From the NCBI GenBank assembly GCA_965220745.1, contig CBDCQT010000013.1, positions 288,001-352,000 of the forward strand: a stretch of DNA of 64,000 bases, given 5' to 3'. Below, piece by piece: positions 49,981 through 61,252 of the stretch. Source of the DNA: Alphaproteobacteria bacterium. GTDB lineage: Bacteria; Pseudomonadota; Alphaproteobacteria; UBA828. The first letter of the stretch is position 1; each line of letters starts with the position of its first letter. A program made the translations under genes and the position numbers. The notes under the pieces were generated by a model. The model searched no databases, was not told where the DNA came from, and worked only from the letters and a program-made list of their open reading frames with translations.

Positions 49981-50925
49981 TCATTCGCGGAACTCGCGGA
50001 TCGCGCCGCGCTGCACCACCAGGCTTGCCGCGAGGACGATGGCGAGGCCGGGCACGGTCATCAGCGGCGGCGCGGGCTTGCCCAGCGCGAGGTCGAGCAG
50101 GAGCACGATTGCCGGCAGCGCGTAGCTGTAGGCCTGCACCCGGGTCGCGCCGATGCGGAGCGTTGTGTACTGGGTGATGAAGAAGGAAATGATGGTCGGA
50201 AAGATCGCGAGATAGACGATGCCGCCCAGCACCACCACCTCGACCCCGGACCAGTCGGTGCGCCAAAGCTTGACGTTGCTCGCCGCCACCAGCCAGAGCG
50301 CCGCCGCTACCAGGGTCCAGAAGGTCAGCACCAGGACCGGCTCGCCCCGATGCAGGCGCTTGATCATCGGGCCGTAGATGCCGAAGCCGATGCATCCGGC
50401 GAGGAAGATCCCGTCGCCGATGTTGACCTCGAGCCCGATCAGGCGCGCGGGGTCACCGCGGAAGATGATCCAGAGGGCGCCGATCATGCCGAGGAAAAGC
50501 GCGGCCAGACGATGGACGCCGAGCCGCTCGCCCACCAGCACCGCGCCGAAAATCGCGGAAAGGCCGGGCACGATGGTGAAGATCGCACTGGTGTTGAGGC
50601 CGCTCGTTGACCGCAACGCCTCGAACATGCACCAGAAGAAAAAGGCCAAGGGCGCGCCGAGCGCGAAATAGCGCAGGCACGACTTGGCGTCCGGCAGCTT
50701 CAGTCCTTCGCGCCAGGCCACGATCGGCGCCATGAGCAGCGCCGCGAGCACGAAGCGGATGCACATCATCACCGCGGGGTCGAGGCCGTGGGTGATGTGC
50801 TCGCCGAGCGGAAAGGACGCGGAGATGACGACGGTCATCAGGAAGGCGAGCACGTGCGCGTGCGCCTGGCCCGTGCGCGCCGGCCCGCTCGGGCTTGGCT
50901 CCGCCTGGGGAGTGTCCTGTCCCAT
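49981..50925 (-). CDS. DMT/EamA transporter
   Basis: About 10 TM helices with EamA-type repeats. Confidence 0.85.
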   Translation of the reverse strand: MGQDTPQAEPSPSGPARTGQAHAHVLAFLMTVVISASFPLGEHITHGLDPAVMMCIRFVLAALLMAPIVAWREGLKLPDAKSCLRYFALGAPLAFFFWCMFEALRSTSGLNTSAIFTIVPGLSAIFGAVLVGERLGVHRLAALFLGMIGALWIIFRGDPARLIGLEVNIGDGIFLAGCIGFGIYGPMIKRLHRGEPVLVLTFWTLVAAALWLVAASNVKLWRTDWSGVEVVVLGGIVYLAIFPTIISFFITQYTTLRIGATRVQAYSYALPAIVLLLDLALGKPAPPLMTVPGLAIVLAASLVVQRGAIREFRE

Positions 50926-51012
50926 GCCTCACACTATCGCCTGCATCACGGTGGGAAACAGCCCCGCTCCGGCGGAGCGGAGCGTCAGGCGGTCGAGCGC
51001 TCGCGCAGCGCG

Positions 51013-53094
51013 TTATGCATTCGCGCGCTCTCGGAGCGCGACAATGGCACCGAGCAGGACGAGGCCGTAGATGATGTTGCGCACGGCCTCGGGCAGCACC
51101 GTGCCCGACAGCATGATGCCGAGGCCGGTGAAGAGGATCGCGCCGCCCAGGATGCCCAGATAGTGGCCGCGGCCTCCGGTGATCAGCGTGCCGCCCAGCA
51201 CCACCACGGCGATGGACGAGAGCAGGTAGGGGTCACCCATGCCGTAGAACGCCTGGGCACTGAAGCCCGCGAGGAAGACCCCGACCAGAGCGGAGCAGAA
51301 GCCGCTCAGCACGTAGGCGCCGACGATGGGGAAGCCGGTGCGCACGCCGGAGAGGCGGCTCACCCGCTCGCTGTTACCCACGGCGAAGATACGCCGGCCC
51401 GGTGCGCTCCTGTTCAAGTAGAAGGTCGCGACGACGACGAAGGCGATGAGGAACCAACCGATGGGCGCGATGCCGGCGATGCGCCCGGTCACGAACCAGG
51501 CCAGCGCCGGCGGCGCCTTGCCGATGGGCGCGCCCGAGCTGAACAGCAGCGACACGCCCTCCAGGATGCCGTTCATGGCGAGCGTCACGATGATCGGCGA
51601 GAGCCCGAAGAGGACGATGGTCATGCCGTTGAGGAAGCCGATGGCGATGCCGATCGCGAGCGACACCGGAATCACCCACACCGCCGGCGCGTCGAGGCCG
51701 TTGCAGAGTGTGGTGACCACAATGGCCGGGAAGGTCATGGTCCAGGGGACCGAGAGGTCGAGCCCGCCGGTGATGATGACCGTGCCCTGCCCGAGGCCGA
51801 GGATCGCCAGGAAGGCGGTCAGGATCAGCATGGCGTTGAGGTAGGCGAGTGGCGAGAAGTCTCCGCCGAAGATGCCGATCGTCGCGCCCAGGATCACGAT
51901 GTAGATGAGGTAGGCGGGCACGGCGAAGCGCAGCACCGCTCGATGCCGGTCGAGCCAGGGGACGGCGACGGTGCCGGCGCCGCCCGCCGGCGGGTCCAGC
52001 CCGCCGAGGCGGATCGGCTCGCCCACGACGCGCAGCTTGGAGGGGAGCGAGGACTCCTTGAGCGCCCGCAGCGTCGCCCGCCAGAAGCGCGTGATCTCCA
52101 CCACCGGGGAATCACGGCCGAGGGAGAAGCCGAGCACGGCGAGGAGCAGGATCACGCCCTCGACGATCGGCGTGTAATAGGTGCGCACGCCGAGCACGAG
52201 GAAGATGTTGACCACGACGGTGAGCGTCAGGGCGCCGAAGATGGTGCCGACGGCGCCGCCCCGGCCGCCGCCGATCAGCGTGCCGCCCAGCACCACAGCC
52301 GCGAAGATCTGCAGCAGCATCTTGGCGCCGATCAGCGGGTCGCCGCCGCCCATGTTGGCGGTGATGAAGAGGCCGGCGGCGCCGTAGCACATGCCGGCGA
52401 AGGTGAAGGTGAGGAAACGCGTGCGGCGTACGTCGACCCCGTTGGCCTCGGCCGATCCCGCATCGCTGCCGATAGCGTAGATGCCGGTGCCGATGCGCGT
52501 GTTCTTGAGCAGCAGCCAGAACAGGATGGCGACCGCAAGGACGACGACCGGCGCGGGCAGGCCCTCGGTGATGACATCGCCGGTGAAGACCAGGCTGAAG
52601 TCCCACGGCATTTCGCCGCCGGGGAACTTGAGCACCAGCAGCGCCGCACCCTGGGCGATGAACATGGTGGCGAGCGTCACCACGATCGACTGCAGGCGCA
52701 CGTAGGCGACGAGGAAGCCGTTAAGTGCGCCGATGGCGGCGCCCAGGCCAAGCGCGATGACCAGCGCAACCAGGGTGAAGAGGCCGGTCCCCATGTCGGC
52801 GGCAGGGCCGAGCTGGGTAACCAGGACCACGTTGACCAGCGAGATCACCGCGCCCGCCGAGAGGTCGAGCCCGCCGGCGAGGATGACGATGGTCTCGCCG
52901 AGCGCAGCGAGTGCGAGGGTCGCGGCGCTCGCGCTGATGCTGCTGATGTCGAAATACGCGATGCCCTGGCCGGTGATGAGCTGTAGCGCGATCATGGTCG
53001 CGGCAAACACGGCGATGGCAATGATTGTGCCGCGCTGGCGCGACCAGCTGAACGGCGGCAGGTAGGATGCGCGTAGCGCGCCCGGCGGCGTCAT
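51013..53094 (-). CDS. Sugar (CUT2/RbsC-type) ABC permease with two fused permease domains
   Basis: GGLDLS, IVTLA and VVLGGTLI.GGRG each occur twice in one 693-aa frame. Confidence 0.85.
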   Translation of the reverse strand: MTPPGALRASYLPPFSWSRQRGTIIAIAVFAATMIALQLITGQGIAYFDISSISASAATLALAALGETIVILAGGLDLSAGAVISLVNVVLVTQLGPAADMGTGLFTLVALVIALGLGAAIGALNGFLVAYVRLQSIVVTLATMFIAQGAALLVLKFPGGEMPWDFSLVFTGDVITEGLPAPVVVLAVAILFWLLLKNTRIGTGIYAIGSDAGSAEANGVDVRRTRFLTFTFAGMCYGAAGLFITANMGGGDPLIGAKMLLQIFAAVVLGGTLIGGGRGGAVGTIFGALTLTVVVNIFLVLGVRTYYTPIVEGVILLLAVLGFSLGRDSPVVEITRFWRATLRALKESSLPSKLRVVGEPIRLGGLDPPAGGAGTVAVPWLDRHRAVLRFAVPAYLIYIVILGATIGIFGGDFSPLAYLNAMLILTAFLAILGLGQGTVIITGGLDLSVPWTMTFPAIVVTTLCNGLDAPAVWVIPVSLAIGIAIGFLNGMTIVLFGLSPIIVTLAMNGILEGVSLLFSSGAPIGKAPPALAWFVTGRIAGIAPIGWFLIAFVVVATFYLNRSAPGRRIFAVGNSERVSRLSGVRTGFPIVGAYVLSGFCSALVGVFLAGFSAQAFYGMGDPYLLSSIAVVVLGGTLITGGRGHYLGILGGAILFTGLGIMLSGTVLPEAVRNIIYGLVLLGAIVALRERANA

Positions 53095-54614
53095 CGCGAG
53101 CCCTCGCCGAGTGCTGCGCGCATGATGCTGGCCTCGGTGATCTCGGCCCCGGTGAGCGAGGCTGCCTTGCGACCGCGGTAGATCACCATCACGGAATCGC
53201 AGAGGTTCACCAGCTCCGGCACGTCGGTGGAGTAGTAGAGCACCGCGCCGCCCGCATCGGCGTAGGCCCGCACGAGGGCGTAGATCTCCGCCTTGGTGCC
53301 GACATCGACGCCGCGTGTGGGGTCGTACATGAGCAGCACGCGGCTCTCGGCCAGCAGCCACTTGGCGATGGCGATCTTCTGCTGGTTGCCGCCGCTGAAG
53401 ACGTTGCACGCGCTGTAGAGGGCGCGTCGGTCGACCTGCACCATGTCGAGCGCGCGGCCCACCGCTTGCGCTTCCTGCTCCAGGTTCACGAGGCCGAAGC
53501 GCACGCAGCGGTCGATGATGGGGAGCGAGATGTTCTCCCGCCCCGTCAGCGCGAGAAAGAGCGCTTCGGTCTTGCGGTCTTCCGGCACGAAGCTGATGCC
53601 GATGCGGCTGTTCACGGCGTCCTTCGGCGTGCGCAAGGTCACCCGCTGATCACCGATGCGGATGTCGCCGGCGCTGAGCCCCACCATGCCGAAGAGCGCG
53701 AGAAAGAGGTCGCGCTGGCCCATGCCTTCCAGCCCGCCGACGCCGAGAATCTCGCCAGACCAGAGATCGAAGGAGAAGTCCTGGACGCCGCCCTCGATGG
53801 CCAGGCCGTCGCCGGCCAGGATCGGCGTCTCTCCGCGCCGAGCCGGCTGCGCCGGCCTGGGCGGAAACGTCGCCGCAAGCGAGCGCCCGATCACCAGCTC
53901 GATCACGCGGTCGTCGGAGATTTCATCCGCCCTGAAGCTCCCCACCATGCGGCCGTTGCGCAGGATGGTCAGGCTGTCGCAAAAATCCCGCACCTCCTGC
54001 ATTCGGTGAGAGATGAAGACGATGGTCGTCCCTTCCGCGCGCAGCCGGTCGAAGAGCGCGCCCAGCCACTGCACGTCGTTGCCGGAGAGGGACGAGGTGG
54101 GCTCGTCGAGCAGCAGCAACTGAGGCTTGCGAGAGACGGCGCGGGCGATCTCGATTTTCTGCTGCGTCGGAAGCGCCAGCGTCCGCACCTCGGCGTGGAG
54201 GTCGATGTCGTCGAGGCCGAGGTCGGCGAGGGCGCGCCGCACGCGCTGCTCGGACTCGCGCCGCTTGATGTTGCCGCTCGGGCCTGTCGGCTCGTAGGGC
54301 AGCAGCATGTTCTGCACGACCGTGAGGTCGCCGATCAGCGAAATCTCCTGGTAGGCGGTCTGGATTCCGAGCCGATGGGAATCCCTTGGCGTATGAATGT
54401 GTGCGGGGCTGTCGAACAAGGCGATCTCGCCGGCGTCCGGCCGGCTGAGGCCGCTCAGGATCTTGACCAGCGTCGACTTGCCCGCACCGTTCTCGCCAAG
54501 GAGCGCATGGACTTCGCCGCGCGGAATGGCGAGCGAGACGTCGTCGAGCGCGACGGTCGCGCCGAAAGCCTTGCTCAGGCCATGGGTCTCTACCGCCGGC
54601 GCCTGCTCATCCAT
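53091..54614 (-). CDS. Sugar ABC ATPase (RbsA-type)
   Basis: GENGAGKST, DEPT, VPEDRK, SGGNQQK, DPTRGVDVG. Confidence 0.92.
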   Translation of the reverse strand: MDEQAPAVETHGLSKAFGATVALDDVSLAIPRGEVHALLGENGAGKSTLVKILSGLSRPDAGEIALFDSPAHIHTPRDSHRLGIQTAYQEISLIGDLTVVQNMLLPYEPTGPSGNIKRRESEQRVRRALADLGLDDIDLHAEVRTLALPTQQKIEIARAVSRKPQLLLLDEPTSSLSGNDVQWLGALFDRLRAEGTTIVFISHRMQEVRDFCDSLTILRNGRMVGSFRADEISDDRVIELVIGRSLAATFPPRPAQPARRGETPILAGDGLAIEGGVQDFSFDLWSGEILGVGGLEGMGQRDLFLALFGMVGLSAGDIRIGDQRVTLRTPKDAVNSRIGISFVPEDRKTEALFLALTGRENISLPIIDRCVRFGLVNLEQEAQAVGRALDMVQVDRRALYSACNVFSGGNQQKIAIAKWLLAESRVLLMYDPTRGVDVGTKAEIYALVRAYADAGGAVLYYSTDVPELVNLCDSVMVIYRGRKAASLTGAEITEASIMRAALGEGSR

Positions 54615-54741
54615 TGCCGGCTTCCGCGCGCCGCCGCCCGGTCATACCGAGGCACGAGGCGCAGCGACGAGCGCTGCGCCCCTCACGCCTCCGATCCGGC
54701 CGAGACCGGTCCGGCCCGCCAGCGCTGCCTTGGGGTTGCGA

Positions 54742-55863
54742 TCAGCTACCGTCGGGCACCTTGCCCTCGAGCGCGGAATAGACGTCGAGCTCCGGAACCT
54801 GCGAATGCCAGACGTCGATGAAGTAGTTCGACGGTGCGACGGAAAGCGGCACCGCATTGCAGGACCACTCCTTGGAGGTGAGCTCGGCCTTGTCTCCCGT
54901 GTCGCAGAGCTCCGTCTGCCCCGGCGTGACCAGGGGCATCGGGATTTCGGCGAAGCGCGGGATCTCGGCGCCGTCGAACTTTGCCATCCCGAGCTTGAAG
55001 GCATACGGCGCGGCCCAGGGCGGCGAGCCCATGGAGGCGCTGCGCAGCCCGTAAGCGCCCTCGGTCGTCCCCGGCGCGAGCTGGGCCACGCGGTGGCCGT
55101 TGGTGCCGTTGCCGGCGCAGGGCTTGAGCGAATCGCCGCGGCCTGCGTCCACCTGCATCTGGGTGAAGACGTAGCAGCCGGTCTGAGTCCACAGGCCGTC
55201 GATCTTGTCCCAGCCGTGGGTGGCCACGATCTCGGTCAGCTTCTGCTTCGCCGTGGCGTTGTTCCACATGCTCGGCGTGTCGGCGATGATCGTGATGTCC
55301 GGGAACTCGGCGAATACCGCTTTGGCCGCGGAGTTCCGCCGCAGGTCGACCATGTTGCCGGGGATGCCGCCCATGAAGACGATGTTGCCCTTGCCGCCAA
55401 GCTCCTCGGCCAGCCACTCGGCCGGGCCTGCGCCGGCCCAGTCCTGATTGATGCCGACGTGATGGGCGCAAGGCTCGGTAACCTGGGCGTCGAAGGTGAT
55501 AAAGACCACGCCCCGGCGGCAGGCGTTGCGAATGGCGCGGTTGAGCGCGGTCGGCGAGATCGCCCAGGAGACGATGACCTGCGCGCCGGCCTGCACCATG
55601 GCGTTGATCTGCTGGATCTGGGTCTGCGCATTGCCGCGCGCGGACTGGATTTCAATGTCCACCCGGTCCTTGTAGTCCTTGGTCCCGGCTATCGAGCTCA
55701 GCAGGTTGGTGGACGCATCCATCCAGGTGTTGCCCTCGAAACCCAGGCTCACATAGACCTTGATCTTGTCTTGTGCGGTGGCGGTTGCGACCGGCACCAT
55801 GCCACCCGCGAGAAACGCCAGCGCCGCAGCACCGAGCGCCGCATTGCGCAGAATTGTCTTCAT
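54742..55863 (-). CDS. Sugar ABC substrate-binding protein
   Basis: Signal peptide; QIQQINAMV; periplasmic-binding type I features. Confidence 0.85.
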   Translation of the reverse strand: MKTILRNAALGAAALAFLAGGMVPVATATAQDKIKVYVSLGFEGNTWMDASTNLLSSIAGTKDYKDRVDIEIQSARGNAQTQIQQINAMVQAGAQVIVSWAISPTALNRAIRNACRRGVVFITFDAQVTEPCAHHVGINQDWAGAGPAEWLAEELGGKGNIVFMGGIPGNMVDLRRNSAAKAVFAEFPDITIIADTPSMWNNATAKQKLTEIVATHGWDKIDGLWTQTGCYVFTQMQVDAGRGDSLKPCAGNGTNGHRVAQLAPGTTEGAYGLRSASMGSPPWAAPYAFKLGMAKFDGAEIPRFAEIPMPLVTPGQTELCDTGDKAELTSKEWSCNAVPLSVAPSNYFIDVWHSQVPELDVYSALEGKVPDGS

Positions 55864-56028
55864 TTCCGTAACCTCCTGTTTGTTTCGCCGGCCGCGCGCG
55901 CACTCTTGTTGTTGACCGTTGGCGGACACGCCTCCCTTTCCGGCACCGCAATCATAGGCGGTGCATTCTCATCGGGACAAGCGGGAGGGAATTGGCCTGG
56001 CCGAACCAGGCGGCTTTTCGTGCGCGGG

Positions 56029-56547
56029 TTAGAACGGCTGCGTGAGCATCGGGAAGCTTTGATCGCAGTTCGTGAGATCGACCCGCTTGAGGCGGATGCG
56101 CAGCCGCTCGTCCTCATGCACGATGGTGTGGGAGTAGCGGCCGCCGAAGACGCGCTGCGGATTGCCGGGGCGGTCCTCGACCATCACGAACTTCGAGCGG
56201 ACCAGCCAGGCGCCCTCCGAAGTCACCTCGTCGAGCCGGGTACCCGAGATCACGCGCACGCAGTTGGATGGCGGGCTCTGGCAGTGGATGCGGGGATGAT
56301 TGAGGCGCTGGACGCGGACCCGCATCGTGTGCTTGTCGTCGTAGAAGAGCGAGACGTGGTCCAGCCAGCTCTCCTGCTCCGGCGTGGCGGGCACCCAGTA
56401 GGCGGCGTCCTCCGTGTAGAGATCGCACCACTCGTCGAAGCGCCGCTCGTCCAGCAGCTCCGCCTCGTGCTCGATGAAGCGCCGCAGCTCCTCGAGCCGC
56501 ACGGCGTTCGAGCCCGCGACGGCGCGCATGTCAGCGGTGACGCTCAT
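56029..56547 (-). CDS. Aromatic ring-hydroxylating dioxygenase beta subunit
   Basis: EAELLD.RRF.EW..L, YWVP, RV.RL, KRVDL. Confidence 0.9.
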   Translation of the reverse strand: MSVTADMRAVAGSNAVRLEELRRFIEHEAELLDERRFDEWCDLYTEDAAYWVPATPEQESWLDHVSLFYDDKHTMRVRVQRLNHPRIHCQSPPSNCVRVISGTRLDEVTSEGAWLVRSKFVMVEDRPGNPQRVFGGRYSHTIVHEDERLRIRLKRVDLTNCDQSFPMLTQPF

Positions 56548-57827
56548 GCGCCCATCAGGTCGCGCCACGCCTCGTGCTGGGCGCGCTGGCCGACCTCGCT
56601 GGAGCGGGGGCCAAAGAACACCCCATCGCCCTCGTCGATCTCGGCGCCGAGACCGCGGGCGACCAGCACCCAGTCGGTGCCCTGGGTCCTGAGCCCCTCC
56701 TGGCAGCGCTCGAAGGCCTCCATGTCGTCGGACTGGATGAACGAGGCGGCGGCATGCGTCATGTTCACGAAGCGCACGAGGTCGTCGGAGATGCTCTCGG
56801 GCGCACCCTTGAGCCGCACCGGCCAGACCTCGACCTCGGTGAAGTCCACCGCCACCGGCCGGATCACCCGCACCGAAGTCTGCGCCAGCAGAATGTCGGA
56901 GCTGGGGAAGAAGGTCATGCTGTGACGGCGGTTCTTGAGGATGTCTGCCGTGCGCTCCTCGCCGTAGCGATCCACCAGGATGGCGCGGTAATCGTCCCAG
57001 TGCCCGCCCGACTGCTCCTTGTCGAAGAGCGAGGCCTCGGAGCTGTGCCGGTTGTTAAGGCCGCGCACACCGGTCTGAGCCACGATGGCCTCGCCGTTGG
57101 GGGCGAAGAACGCCGCATCGCCACCTTCGTCGCCGGCGCGGCGCTTGAACTGCCGGCCGTCGGGGCCGACGGTCGACGCGTGGCAGGCGGCGGGGTGGTA
57201 CATGTCCGCCAGGTTCTCGAGCTGGAGCTTCCAGTTGCCGCGATAGTGATAGCGGTGGCAGCCGGCGGAGAGCGCCACCTCGCCCTCCGGCGAGCGGTCG
57301 ACCAGCTCGTCGATGCCGCGCCGGGCTTCAGCCAGATAGTCCAGCAGGGGCTCGGCGTCCGCGTTGAACGAGGCGAACACGAAGCCGCGATAGCTCTCCA
57401 CCCGCGGCAGCCGCGCCATGCCGAACTGCGCGTCCTTGAGTGGCTCCTCGGGGAAGTCCTTGCGCATGGGCACGCCGGCGAGCGCGCCGTTCGGCCGGAA
57501 ACTCCAGCCGTGATACATGCAGGTGAAGACCTTGGCGTTGCCGCGCTCGCGGTTGAGCACCTTGGCGCCGCGATGGCCGCAGCGGTTGAACAGCACGCAG
57601 ATGCCGTCGTCCTTGTGGCGGCTCAGCACCACCGGCTGGCGGGCGAGGTGGGTGCAGTAGTAGTCGCCGGGGTTCGGCACCAGGCTCTCGTGGCCGACGT
57701 AGAGCCAGACCCGGCGGAAGATCTTCTCCATCTCGATCTCGAAGATCGCCGGGTCGATGTACATGGCGCGGTGCACCCGGTCGGGCCGCACCATCTCCCG
57801 CAACTCGTCGCTGGTATAGCCGGCCAT
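56544..57827 (-). CDS. Rieske ring-hydroxylating oxygenase alpha subunit
   Basis: Rieske CGH...CMYH; mononuclear-iron DMYH...H and DD.E. Confidence 0.92.
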   Translation of the reverse strand: MAGYTSDELREMVRPDRVHRAMYIDPAIFEIEMEKIFRRVWLYVGHESLVPNPGDYYCTHLARQPVVLSRHKDDGICVLFNRCGHRGAKVLNRERGNAKVFTCMYHGWSFRPNGALAGVPMRKDFPEEPLKDAQFGMARLPRVESYRGFVFASFNADAEPLLDYLAEARRGIDELVDRSPEGEVALSAGCHRYHYRGNWKLQLENLADMYHPAACHASTVGPDGRQFKRRAGDEGGDAAFFAPNGEAIVAQTGVRGLNNRHSSEASLFDKEQSGGHWDDYRAILVDRYGEERTADILKNRRHSMTFFPSSDILLAQTSVRVIRPVAVDFTEVEVWPVRLKGAPESISDDLVRFVNMTHAAASFIQSDDMEAFERCQEGLRTQGTDWVLVARGLGAEIDEGDGVFFGPRSSEVGQRAQHEAWRDLMGA

Positions 57828-57875
57828 CGCTCCCTCCGCCCCGTGCCGACACGGGAGCATCTTAGCCCGGATTCC

Positions 57876-59534
57876 TCAGTCGTCGAGCAGCGGACCTCTT
57901 GCTTGGCGTGCTTCGGCGAAGTTGTCGGCGAGGTGGTGGGCGGCGCGGTAGGCGAGGGCGCAGATGGTGCTCGTCGGATTGATGGCCGCGCCGGTCGCCA
58001 TCACGCTGCCGTCGGTGATGTAGAGATTGGGGCAGTCCCAGGCCTGGTGCCACCTGGTGACGACAGAGGTTTCGGGATCGTCCCCCATGCGCGCGGTGCC
58101 GAGCAGGTGCCAGGCTGGCGGCGCGTAGACGCCGTTCGCGTCGCGGAAGGGATTGACCTTGATGTCCCAGGCGTCCATCGCGCCCGCCAGCTCCGCGGCT
58201 CGGTCGATGCCGAAGCGCGCGAGCCGGGCGTCGTTCTCGCACATGCCGTAGGCGATGCGGGGCGCCGGCAGCCCGGAGGAATCGGCCACGGTGTCGGAGA
58301 GGGTGACGCGGTTGTCCGGCCGGGGCAGGTCGTCGCCCACGATGAGGATACCGATGCCGTGCCCGAAGTGCCGGGCGAACCACGCGTGGTGATCCGCGCC
58401 CCACGGCGCCATGTTGCCAGAGTGCGAGCCCAGCGCCTGATAGCCCGCACCGTTCTGCCGCACGATGTGCAGCGTGAAGCCGTTGACGAAGCCGCGTGCC
58501 GTGTCGCTCTCTGCGAACTCCTCGCAGATCGCGATGGCGGAAATCAGGCCCTTGTGCGCCTCGGTCGGTGCGTCGACCCAGCACTCCACCATACCGAGGG
58601 TGTGGTGCATCAGATTGCGGCCGACCTGATCGGAGCGGTTGGCGAGTCCGTTCGGATGCGCCGCGCTCTCCGACAGTAGCAGCAGGCGCGGCGTGCCGAC
58701 GCCGTTGGCGGCGAGGATCACGACATCCGCCGTCTGGACATGGCGCACGCCTGTGTTGCGCTCGACGTAGACGACGCCGGTGGCGCGGCCCGACGCATCC
58801 GTCTCGATGCGCTCCACGCGGCTGTCGGTGCGCAGCTCGACGCCCGCCGCAAGGGCCTTCGGCCAGTGGGTCACGGCCATGTCGTTGAGCGAGCCGCGCG
58901 GGCAGCCGCTCTGGCAGGCGCCGCAGTTGTTGCAGGCGAGGCGGCCGTCGTATCCCTCCGCGAGGATGGCGCAGGGCATGGGCCACCAGTGCCAGCCGAG
59001 CTTGTCGAAGCCACGCGTCACGACCTCGCCCATGGCGCCGCGCGGGCCGGGCCGGGTTTGGAAGGGGCCGCGCGGCGGCATCGCCGGATCGCCCGGCCAG
59101 CCGGAGACGCCGCAGGCCTCGTCCGCCATCTCGAAATAGGGCGCGAGGTCCTCGTAGGCGATGGGCCAGTCCGGCGCGAGGCCGTGCTCGGCGCCCTTAC
59201 GAAAGTCCGAGGGGCGATAGCGCGGCCATGTGGCCGTGTAGATGCCCGTGGAGCCGCCGACGCCGTTCCACATCAGCGTCGTCTCGTCGGTACTGTCCAC
59301 CGGGTAGTCGTGCGGGTGCGCGCGCACGTTGACGGCGATCGACCAGTCGGTGGCGCGACGCCATTCCCAGTCGCGCCCGTGATGAGGACGCTCGGCCGGC
59401 GGGAACCAGGAGCCCTGCTCCAGGCAGACCACCTTGATGCCCTTCCTGGCCAGCACGGCGGCGGGAATCACGCCGCCGGGGCCGGAGCCGACGATGACGA
59501 CGTCGGCGTGGTCGTGGGTGGTGCGCTCTGCCAT
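57876..59534 (-). CDS. GMC family oxidoreductase (flavoprotein subunit)
   Basis: GSGPGG, VGGST, CNNCGACQSGC, HLLGTARMG, NPT.T. Confidence 0.9.
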   Translation of the reverse strand: MAERTTHDHADVVIVGSGPGGVIPAAVLARKGIKVVCLEQGSWFPPAERPHHGRDWEWRRATDWSIAVNVRAHPHDYPVDSTDETTLMWNGVGGSTGIYTATWPRYRPSDFRKGAEHGLAPDWPIAYEDLAPYFEMADEACGVSGWPGDPAMPPRGPFQTRPGPRGAMGEVVTRGFDKLGWHWWPMPCAILAEGYDGRLACNNCGACQSGCPRGSLNDMAVTHWPKALAAGVELRTDSRVERIETDASGRATGVVYVERNTGVRHVQTADVVILAANGVGTPRLLLLSESAAHPNGLANRSDQVGRNLMHHTLGMVECWVDAPTEAHKGLISAIAICEEFAESDTARGFVNGFTLHIVRQNGAGYQALGSHSGNMAPWGADHHAWFARHFGHGIGILIVGDDLPRPDNRVTLSDTVADSSGLPAPRIAYGMCENDARLARFGIDRAAELAGAMDAWDIKVNPFRDANGVYAPPAWHLLGTARMGDDPETSVVTRWHQAWDCPNLYITDGSVMATGAAINPTSTICALAYRAAHHLADNFAEARQARGPLLDD

Positions 59535-59546
59535 GAGCCGCCCGCC

Positions 59547-60626
<1,080 letters not shown>

Positions 60627-60635
60627 GACCCGCCC

Positions 60636-61250
60636 CTATGTCCCGTCGTCCGCCGGGCCGGCGCCTGCCCGGCCGGCCGGCTTGCTCCCCGCGCCCTTGG
60701 CGATGGCGCCGCGGCCGGTCGCCACCGCGTCGTCCTGGGTAATCGTTTCCGGTGCGAGCGGTTCGGCCGGCAACGGCGTGAGGTCGAGGCGCGTCACATC
60801 GTCCGTCCCCACATAGTGGCCGCGCCGGTGCGCGGGCGCCTGATGCGGGTCGCTCTCGTCGAAGGCCGCCATGACGTAGCCCGCTGGCTGAGGCGCGTCG
60901 TTGTAGACATGGCCGAGGGAGCGGACGGCGCGCACCACGGCGGGGCTCTCGTAATAGGCGAGGTAGGCGATCATCCGAAGCGTCTCGAATTGCTCTGGGT
61001 GATCCGCCTCGAAGCGCCGCACGACGTCTTGCCGTTCCGTTGCTCCCAACGGCCCGAGCGGACCGCCGCAGGCCTCGATGGTCTGTGCCAGATCGTCCAG
61101 CGCAGCCTCGCCCGACCGCGCCACCAGCCGGTCAGCCACCACGCCGTGAGTGCCGACATCGCTCGCGGCCGGGAAGCGCCCGTCGCCCGGAAGCAGCACG
61201 TCCACCAGCTCTCGCAGCATGGCCGCCATCGCGGCGGGATCGGTCGCCAT
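60636..61250 (-). CDS. Gluconate 2-dehydrogenase subunit 3-like partner protein
   Basis: DVLLPGD..FP.AS..G, F..LR...Y..YY..P; near the GMC gene. Confidence 0.6.
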   Translation of the reverse strand: MATDPAAMAAMLRELVDVLLPGDGRFPAASDVGTHGVVADRLVARSGEAALDDLAQTIEACGGPLGPLGATERQDVVRRFEADHPEQFETLRMIAYLAYYESPAVVRAVRSLGHVYNDAPQPAGYVMAAFDESDPHQAPAHRRGHYVGTDDVTRLDLTPLPAEPLAPETITQDDAVATGRGAIAKGAGSKPAGRAGAGPADDGT

Positions 61251-61252
61251 CG

